Below are positions 57,509 through 64,000 of a stretch of DNA of 64,000 nt, piece by piece (position 1 is the first letter of the stretch; every line of letters begins with the position of its first letter). The stretch spans positions 64,001 through 128,000 of the forward strand of contig JAZDKJ010000008.1 of assembly GCA_043803105.1 (NCBI GenBank), written 5' to 3'. The position numbers were made by a program, and so were the translations under genes. Below the pieces are notes generated by a model. The model did not search any database and was not told the origin of the DNA. It saw only the letters and a list, made by a program, of their open reading frames with translations. Source of the DNA: Candidatus Woesearchaeota archaeon (GTDB lineage: Archaea; Nanobdellota; Nanobdellia; Woesearchaeales; JAZDKJ01).

Positions 57509-59416
57509 ATGTCGAAAATAACCATTACAATAGATAATCACAAGCACAGCCTTGAATCAGGCATAACAGCAAAAGAGATAACGAAGGAACTCAAGCTTGA
57601 CAAGAGGATTCTTGCGGCAAAATTCAACGATGAGTTGATTGACCTTGCAGCAAAATTGGCGAAAGATGGCATTTTGTCTTTTGTCACATTCGATTCTCCT
57701 GAGGGAAAAGAGATATTCAGGCATTCAAGCGCACATATCTTGGCACAAGCAGTAACTTCGCTATATCCTGAGGCATTGCCGACAATCGGGCCTGCAGTTG
57801 AAGAGGGATTCTATTATGACTTTGACCTTGACAAGACGTTTGCTCCTGAGGACCTTGCAAAGATAGAAAAGAAAATGAAGGACATAATCAAGCAGAACCT
57901 CAAGATAGAGAGGGAGCAAATTCCAAAGAATGAAGCTCTCAAGCTGTTCAAGAATAACAAGTACAAACAAGAGATGATTGAGGAGCTAGACGAGCCGACG
58001 ATCACAGTGTATCAGCAGGGAGAATATGCAGAGTTCTGCAGGGGGCCGCACGTCCCTTCAACGGGCTATATTGGGGCGGTTAAGCTGACGAAGATAGCCG
58101 GAGCATACTGGAAAGGGGACAACAAGAACAAGATGCTCCAAAGGCTTTATGGAATAAGCTTCCCAAGCCAACAGGAGCTTGATGATCATGTAAAACGCAT
58201 AGAGGAAGCAGAGAAAAGAGACCACAGAAAGCTGGGAAAACAGCTGGACCTATTTTCAATGCATGATGAAGGGCCTGGATTCCCGTTCTTCCACCCAAGT
58301 GGGATGGTCATAATCAACCAGCTAAAGCAATTCTGGAGAGAAGAACATGCAAAGGCTGGCTATGACGAGATACAGACCCCTATTATACTCTCAAGAACAC
58401 TCTGGGAGCAAAGCGGGCATTGGGACCATTACAAGAACAGCATGTACTTTACCAAGATAGATGGATTGGATTTTGCAGTAAAGCCAATGAACTGCCCAGG
58501 CGGAATACTGGTTTACAAGGAACATCTGCATTCTTACAAAGAATTGCCGATGAGGCTTGCAGAGATGGGAATAGTGCATAGGCACGAGCTATCAGGTGTG
58601 CTTGCAGGTTTGTTCAGGGTAAGGACCTTTACTCAAGATGATGCTCACATCTTCATGACAGAAGAACAGATAAGAGAGGAAATAATCGGGGTAATAAACC
58701 TAGTTGACAAATTCTACAAGACCTTCAATTTTGACTATCAGGTGGAATTAAGCACTAGGCCAAAAGACAAGATGGGCACTGATGCGATGTGGGAGGTTGC
58801 AGAAAAAGGGCTTGAAGAAGCGCTGAAAACGAGAAAGATGAATTACAAGATAAACCCTGGGGACGGGGCTTTTTACGGGCCAAAAATCGACTTTCACATA
58901 AAGGACTGCATAGGAAGAACCTGGCAGTGCGCAACAATACAACTTGACTTCCAGATGCCTGAGAAATTTGACCTAACCTATGAAGGCCAGGATGGAAAGA
59001 AGCATCGGCCAGTGATGATACATAGGGTCATTTACGGAGCAATAGAAAGGTTCCTGGGAATACTCATAGAAAACTATGCAGGAAAATTCCCATTATGGCT
59101 GAGCCCTGTGCAGATAAGGATAATGACTGTCTCAGAAAAATTCAATGATCATGCAGAAGAGCTAAGAAAAAAGCTGCTGGAACAAGGATACAGGGTTGAG
59201 CTCGATGTGCGCTCGGAGAGCATACCTAAGAAAGTGAGGGATGCGCAGGCAATGAAGATACCATTGATGCTTACAATCGGAGAAAAGGAAGTAAGCAACA
59301 ATACTGTTGCGATAAGGACAGCTGACGGAAAAGTCTATTTTGGGATGCAGGTTGAAGAGTTTATCAGGAAAGCTGCTGATAATATTGCGAAAAGAGAGAA
59401 TGCGATAACCTTCTAG
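57509..59416 (+). CDS. thrS: Threonine--tRNA ligase (bacterial-type, TGS + editing domain)
   Basis: RHSSAHILA, CRGPH, RDHRKLG, KPMNCP, FYGPKID. Confidence 0.97.
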   Translation: MSKITITIDNHKHSLESGITAKEITKELKLDKRILAAKFNDELIDLAAKLAKDGILSFVTFDSPEGKEIFRHSSAHILAQAVTSLYPEALPTIGPAVEEGFYYDFDLDKTFAPEDLAKIEKKMKDIIKQNLKIEREQIPKNEALKLFKNNKYKQEMIEELDEPTITVYQQGEYAEFCRGPHVPSTGYIGAVKLTKIAGAYWKGDNKNKMLQRLYGISFPSQQELDDHVKRIEEAEKRDHRKLGKQLDLFSMHDEGPGFPFFHPSGMVIINQLKQFWREEHAKAGYDEIQTPIILSRTLWEQSGHWDHYKNSMYFTKIDGLDFAVKPMNCPGGILVYKEHLHSYKELPMRLAEMGIVHRHELSGVLAGLFRVRTFTQDDAHIFMTEEQIREEIIGVINLVDKFYKTFNFDYQVELSTRPKDKMGTDAMWEVAEKGLEEALKTRKMNYKINPGDGAFYGPKIDFHIKDCIGRTWQCATIQLDFQMPEKFDLTYEGQDGKKHRPVMIHRVIYGAIERFLGILIENYAGKFPLWLSPVQIRIMTVSEKFNDHAEELRKKLLEQGYRVELDVRSESIPKKVRDAQAMKIPLMLTIGEKEVSNNTVAIRTADGKVYFGMQVEEFIRKAADNIAKRENAITF

Positions 59417-60012
59417 ATGTTTTTATATTCCGGGTGATGCAGCAATCTGTCCATACCTTGCTCTTTCAAGAAAGCCAACGCTTGACGGTAATACATTTTA
59501 GGTCTTAATTGAGTGGGAGTGTCGGCTACAGATAGATATCTGATTTTATGCTCAAAAATATACTTAAGCAAGCTCTCAGCCTCTTTTTTATCGATCAGAC
59601 CTGATTGTATGAAAAGGCTAAATTCGGTGGTGGAAACCACAGTATGTTTTACGCGATTTTCAATCATGCTACGTATCACTTTACCCGTGTGAGCAAGGTC
59701 CTCCGGATAATCCCTCTTGAGCAGATCCTCAAGCTTGAGATATGACTTTGCCATTGTAGTCACTGTAGAGTTTGGTCCCAGGGGAAGAACTGCTTTGCTA
59801 AGATCCTTAAGTAAATCAACAGACTGAAGATAATTGTCTAAGCCGCTTCGCAGCACTTTATCTGTTATGGGCTTCATCAACCTGTATTCAGGCTTTTCAA
59901 AGCAAGCAGCTAACCTGGACTCAAGTTCAGCTGGAGAGCTGGTTCTCGCTTGTTCAAGAAATGGCGTATAGAAAAGATTGGACTTGAGTTCGTACCAACG
60001 GACATCTGGCAT
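59413..60012 (-). CDS. Hypothetical protein
   Basis: 199-aa ORF behind a TTTTAAA box. Confidence 0.6.
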   Translation of the reverse strand: MPDVRWYELKSNLFYTPFLEQARTSSPAELESRLAACFEKPEYRLMKPITDKVLRSGLDNYLQSVDLLKDLSKAVLPLGPNSTVTTMAKSYLKLEDLLKRDYPEDLAHTGKVIRSMIENRVKHTVVSTTEFSLFIQSGLIDKKEAESLLKYIFEHKIRYLSVADTPTQLRPKMYYRQALAFLKEQGMDRLLHHPEYKNI

Positions 60013-60096
60013 AGCGAAGGAAAATCACATAAACCTTTTAAAACTTAAGGTCGGCGCTCGAAAAAATTATATACAGGACCACTTTACCTACAGGAT

Positions 60097-60324
60097 GTGA
60101 GGGATTACATAATCGGTCTTCTGGAGCTGGCAAAAGAGGACAAGTGCAAAAGCTGCATAAGGATCCAGCAGGAGCTTAGGAGGGCATCAAAAGAGACTGA
60201 AGACAGCCTTCTGAAGGGCAAGATCAACTCAGCGTTGATTGACCATGACCTTCACTATTCGCTTGGATGCAAACCGTGCGAACCACAAGCAAGGATAAAG
60301 GAATTCTCAAAAAGACCATTGTAA
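60097..60324 (+). CDS. Small Cys/His metal-binding protein
   Basis: CKSC...HDLH...CKPC. Confidence 0.5.
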   Translation: MRDYIIGLLELAKEDKCKSCIRIQQELRRASKETEDSLLKGKINSALIDHDLHYSLGCKPCEPQARIKEFSKRPL

Positions 60325-60371
60325 AGGTTCACAATAAGGTTTAAATAGGGATTAACCTAATCGCAAAAACA

Positions 60372-61280
60372 ATGTATGACCTAATAATAATCGGAGGAGG
60401 GCCTGCGGGGTTGAGTGCAGCAATCTATGCAGGAAGATATAAGCTCAAGGCACTTCTTTTAACCAAGATAATCGGCGGAATGATGAGCGAAGCGCACCTC
60501 ATAGAAAACTATCCTGGGGTAGAAAGCGTAACAGGAATGGACTTAGCTGAGAAAATGAAAAAACAGGTAGAACACCTTGGGGTGAAGATAGAGGAGGAAG
60601 AGGTTGTCAGGCTTGAAAAGACACCAAATGGATTCCTGGCAAACAAAAAGCATGAGGCAAAGTACATCCTCCTGGCATTGGGAACTGAAAGAAAGAAGCT
60701 AAACCTTGCAAAGGAAAAGGAGTTTGCAGGAAAGGGAGTATCTTACTGTGCAACATGCGATGCACCATTATTCAAGGACAAGGAGGTTGCTGTTGTAGGG
60801 GGAAAAGATTCTGCTGTAATGGCTGCTGAACTACTGGCAAGCTATGCGAGAAAAGTCTATGTGATATACAGGGGAGAACAACTTCAGGCCCAACCAGTTG
60901 CGAGGGAGAGACTGCTTGCAAACCCAAAGGTTGAGGCAATATACAAGGCAAACGTTTCTGACCTTCAAGGAAAATCCATGCTGGAATCAATCAAGCTTGA
61001 CAACGGAAGAGAAATCAAGGTGGACGGACTGTTTGTTGAGATCGGAAGCACGCCTTCTGTCATACTTGCAAAGGAACTAGGAATAAAGCTTGACCATGAT
61101 GATTGCATCACAGTTGACCAGCACCTGTGCACGAGTATGCCTCATGTGTACGCAGCAGGCGATATAACAAGCCACAACGCCAAATGGAGGCAGGTTGTCA
61201 TCGCGTGCGCTGAAGGGGCGCTTGCAGCAAGAAGCATATATGAAGATTTCAAGCGCAAGGCAACAAGCGAGCACGTATGA
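60372..61280 (+). CDS. trxB: Thioredoxin reductase
   Basis: GGGPAG, ENYPG, SYCATCD, YAAGD. Confidence 0.93.
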   Translation: MYDLIIIGGGPAGLSAAIYAGRYKLKALLLTKIIGGMMSEAHLIENYPGVESVTGMDLAEKMKKQVEHLGVKIEEEEVVRLEKTPNGFLANKKHEAKYILLALGTERKKLNLAKEKEFAGKGVSYCATCDAPLFKDKEVAVVGGKDSAVMAAELLASYARKVYVIYRGEQLQAQPVARERLLANPKVEAIYKANVSDLQGKSMLESIKLDNGREIKVDGLFVEIGSTPSVILAKELGIKLDHDDCITVDQHLCTSMPHVYAAGDITSHNAKWRQVVIACAEGALAARSIYEDFKRKATSEHV

Positions 61281-61627
61281 AAGCGCAGACAATTCCCAAG
61301 GGATGCCCGATATGCAGTAGCGACGTAAAGGGAGATGAAACCCACAAGTACTACTGCAAAAAGTGCAATCTTCTGTTTGAAGCAAGGGACGTGCACAAAG
61401 AAGAGAAAAAACCCGAGGTTCAATCTGAGGTCTCAAAGCAACAGGAAAAGCCCAAGCAAGTTGTGCAAGCCAAAGAAGCAGGCCTTACGGCATCTTCACA
61501 ATCAAACAAGTATCATAAGAAAGGGTGCAGGTACATAAGGCAGATAGAAAACAAGAACCTTATATACTACAAGGACAAAAAGGAGGCAGAACGGCAGGGA
61601 CGAAGGCCGTGCAAATGCAACAAATGA
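61277..61627 (+). CDS. Zn-ribbon + Ada-like metal-binding domain protein
   Basis: CPIC/CKKC; SNKYH..GC...GRRPCKC. Confidence 0.7.
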   Translation: MKAQTIPKGCPICSSDVKGDETHKYYCKKCNLLFEARDVHKEEKKPEVQSEVSKQQEKPKQVVQAKEAGLTASSQSNKYHKKGCRYIRQIENKNLIYYKDKKEAERQGRRPCKCNK

Positions 61628-62139
61628 TGCAACACAAAAACCAGAGGGTAGGAGTGTTTGTGGACATACAGAATATGTACTACTCAGCAAAGCACCTCTA
61701 CAGCACAAAGCTCAACTACAAGGAATTATTGAGATTGGCATTGCAGCAAAGAAGCCTGATAAGGGCAATAGCCTACGTGATAAGGGCTGAGGTCAAGGAA
61801 GAAGAAACATTTTTTGATGCTCTCAAGAACCAGGGTTATGAGGTAAAGAGCAAAGACCTGCAGGTTTTCTATGGCGGGGCAAAAAAAGGGGATTGGGACA
61901 TAGGAATAGCAATGGACATGATAGAGCTTGCCCCAAAGCTTGACACATTAGTCCTTGTGAGTGGTGATGGAGACTTTGTGCCTCTTCTAAGGCATCTTAG
62001 ACATGCATTGGGATGCAGGGTTGAGGTAGTGGCGTTTGGCAGGAGCTCAGCAGCAAAGCTTATAGAGGAAGCGGATGATTTCTACGACTTAGACAAGCAC
62101 CAGTTTGTGCTAATAAAACCCAGGAAAGAACATGGATGA
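61624..62139 (+). CDS. NYN/LabA family PIN-fold protein
   Basis: VFVDIQN, KGDWD, LVSGDGDF. Confidence 0.9.
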   Translation: MMQHKNQRVGVFVDIQNMYYSAKHLYSTKLNYKELLRLALQQRSLIRAIAYVIRAEVKEEETFFDALKNQGYEVKSKDLQVFYGGAKKGDWDIGIAMDMIELAPKLDTLVLVSGDGDFVPLLRHLRHALGCRVEVVAFGRSSAAKLIEEADDFYDLDKHQFVLIKPRKEHG

Positions 62140-62395
62140 GATAAACTTTTGCCCGTTCTGCAGCGCTTCCCAACACAAGATATTCACAGTAAAGGAAGAC
62201 CAGTATTTCTGCAAGGAATGCAACAGGTTCTTCAAGGCAGACCATCTCTTTTACAACTGTCCTAAATGCAATTCAAAAAAGATAGTTGACTCAGACTTCC
62301 CAAGCCCTGACGGCCAGGTGGTTTTCCAGTGCCAGTCGTGCAAGAAAATGTTGTCAGCAAAAGACTTTTTTTCCAAGAGCCAGACCAGCTCTTAA
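62132..62395 (+). CDS. Double Zn-ribbon protein
   Basis: Four CxxC motifs. Confidence 0.7.
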   Translation: MDEINFCPFCSASQHKIFTVKEDQYFCKECNRFFKADHLFYNCPKCNSKKIVDSDFPSPDGQVVFQCQSCKKMLSAKDFFSKSQTSS

Positions 62396-62669
62396 GAGAC
62401 TCTGATAATTTAACCAAGGCTTCTATCAAATCCCGAATCCTCTCAGCTGTCTCTTCAAAGGCGCGGCTGCTGTTGAATACCTCCTGCACAGCTCGGACCT
62501 GTGATTATTAAGGGAAAAAGAAAAGATTTATAAATATGTTTTTCCAGAAATACACAAAAAAGAAGAGAAAACTGGTTTTTGATATTTTCCAGTTTTGTTC
62601 TATAGTGATTTCGGAGTAACAAAAAATACACAAAGGCTTAAATATAAGTTTTGCCAAAGGAGACTGCCC

Positions 62670-63170
62670 GTGGCTGTAACAAACGACAAGCTGTACAAGA
62701 CCATATCTGAATTGGTTGGCGAGGATGTGATTCCATTGGTTAAATTCCTAAGGAACAGGAAAAACATCTCGGAATTCAAGATAGCTGAAAAGATAAACAT
62801 CGAGGTAAACCAGACCAGGAACATGCTCTACAGGCTGCATGACCACAACTTGGTAACTTACCACAGGAAAAAAGACCGTATCAAGGGATGGTACATAAGC
62901 TACTGGACATTCAACATCAAAAGACTAAAACAGCTGGTGCATAGCCTTCAAAAACAGAAAATAACGCAACTCAAGGACAAACTGAAGAAAGAGGAAGAGA
63001 ACCAGAACTCCTATTTCATCTGCCCAAACCTGTGCGTGAGGCTGGACTTTGACCAATCAACAGACTTTGAGTTCAAGTGCCCTGAGTGCGGATCGCTCCT
63101 GGTGCATCAGGACAACACGAAAACAATAATCAACCTTAAGGAAAAAATAAAGGTGCTTGAAGCAGCTTAA
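62670..63170 (+). CDS. tfe: Transcription factor E (alpha)
   Basis: wHTH (TRNMLYRL...KGWYISYW) and F.CPECG Zn ribbon; GTG start after GGAG. Confidence 0.9.
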   Translation: MAVTNDKLYKTISELVGEDVIPLVKFLRNRKNISEFKIAEKINIEVNQTRNMLYRLHDHNLVTYHRKKDRIKGWYISYWTFNIKRLKQLVHSLQKQKITQLKDKLKKEEENQNSYFICPNLCVRLDFDQSTDFEFKCPECGSLLVHQDNTKTIINLKEKIKVLEAA

Positions 63171-63400
63171 GAAACAAGTTCTTTTCTGTGCTCCATCTGG
63201 ACCAATGAAACAAGGGCCCTGACAATGGCAGCAATGCTTAGCAACATAACTGTGATATCCTCTACCTTAACTGGAATTCCAATATTGAACATTGCCTTGT
63301 TGTTGCCCAGATTAAACAAAGCAGATATGAAAATCAGTGCGAAAACAACCAGGATTACCAAAAGCAGATAGATGGTGCGCCTGTGATACTTGTGCAGCAT
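63167..63400 (-). CDS. Small two-TM protein
   Basis: Hydrophobic helices. Confidence 0.6.
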   Translation of the reverse strand: MLHKYHRRTIYLLLVILVVFALIFISALFNLGNNKAMFNIGIPVKVEDITVMLLSIAAIVRALVSLVQMEHRKELVS

Positions 63401-63478
63401 TATGGGTGGGGGTCTCTTGAATTATTTAAAGGTAAGCACAAGAAGATATTTAAGGCTCGGACTCATTCTTTGCATGCG

Positions 63479-64000
63479 ATGAACTTTACAGAATCATTGT
63501 CCAGGAATAAGAGAGAGATAGACCATGAGCTGGAAAGATTCTTTGATGCACGGATGAAAAAAGCAAAGGGAATATCGCCTGAAGCATACGAGGCGTTCCA
63601 AATACTAAAGGAGTTCAACCTCAGGGGAGGCAAGCGTATAAGACCAATGCTAACCATATCCAGCTACAGAGGATTTGGCGGAAAGAACAAGGAGATAACA
63701 AGGGCTGCGCTTGCGGTTGAGTTGATGGAGTCATTCCTTCTAATACACGATGACATCATGGACAAGGACGCGATGCGAAGGGGCGGGCCAACTGTGCACA
63801 AAATCTATGAGACAAAATTCAAGGGTGCAGAGCATTATGGCAACTCGCTAGCCATAGTGGTGGGAGATATAGCATCTGCATTAGGAAGCGAGGCAATTGC
63901 GGAAACTGGGTTTGACGCAAGACGCAGGATTGAGGCAATAGAGAAATTCAACAAGGTAATAATCAACACATGCTTTGGCCAGATACTGGACCTAAAGTCA
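63479..64000 (+). CDS. idsA: Polyprenyl (GGPP-type) synthase, 3'-truncated by window edge
   Basis: Manual translation: GGKRIRP...LIHDDIMDKDAMRRG. Confidence 0.9.
   Translation, partial: MNFTESLSRNKREIDHELERFFDARMKKAKGISPEAYEAFQILKEFNLRGGKRIRPMLTISSYRGFGGKNKEITRAALAVELMESFLLIHDDIMDKDAMRRGGPTVHKIYETKFKGAEHYGNSLAIVVGDIASALGSEAIAETGFDARRRIEAIEKFNKVIINTCFGQILDLKS

Noticed and set aside
1-64000. Many antisense or alternative-frame ORFs in the track (e.g. 7869-8735, 5051-5599, 33669-34280)
   Set aside because: They are shadows of well-supported genes, expected from purine-rich coding strands, and have no motifs of their own

Overview
Gene-dense archaeal chromosome segment, most consistent with a DPANN (Woesearchaeota/Nanobdellota-like) genome. 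Evidence: TFB, TFE, TFS, aEF1-beta, uL16/L10e, Trm1, RtcA, SepF, ZPR1, IleRS, a class III (pilin-type) signal peptide, and TATA-like boxes just upstream of short-leader genes. It also carries a glycogen synthesis/degradation cluster. Main observations: (1) Four tRNA genes (Ser-TGA, Glu-CTC, Ser-CGA, CAT), each split by two bulge-helix-bulge (BHB) introns, six of the eight at non-canonical D-loop/T-arm sites. One small hairpin repeat family occurs inside two introns and in the leader of a third tRNA, and two tRNAs have duplicated 5' ends upstream. (2) A 4.39-kb cargo transposon (16089-20477) with a 9-bp TSD, two nested inverted-repeat pairs, a central DDE transposase and small membrane-protein cargo. 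(3) A peptide-deformylase-like protein whose N-terminus resembles that of ribosomal protein uL16. (4) A bacterial MltB-type lytic transglycosylase. (5) A non-coding region with symmetric inverted repeats (candidate origin). (6) Three single-codon anomalies in conserved genes: TGA in TFS, TAG in a HemK-kinase fusion, and an ACG start in glycogen synthase. All calls come from reading motifs by eye; no database searches were run.
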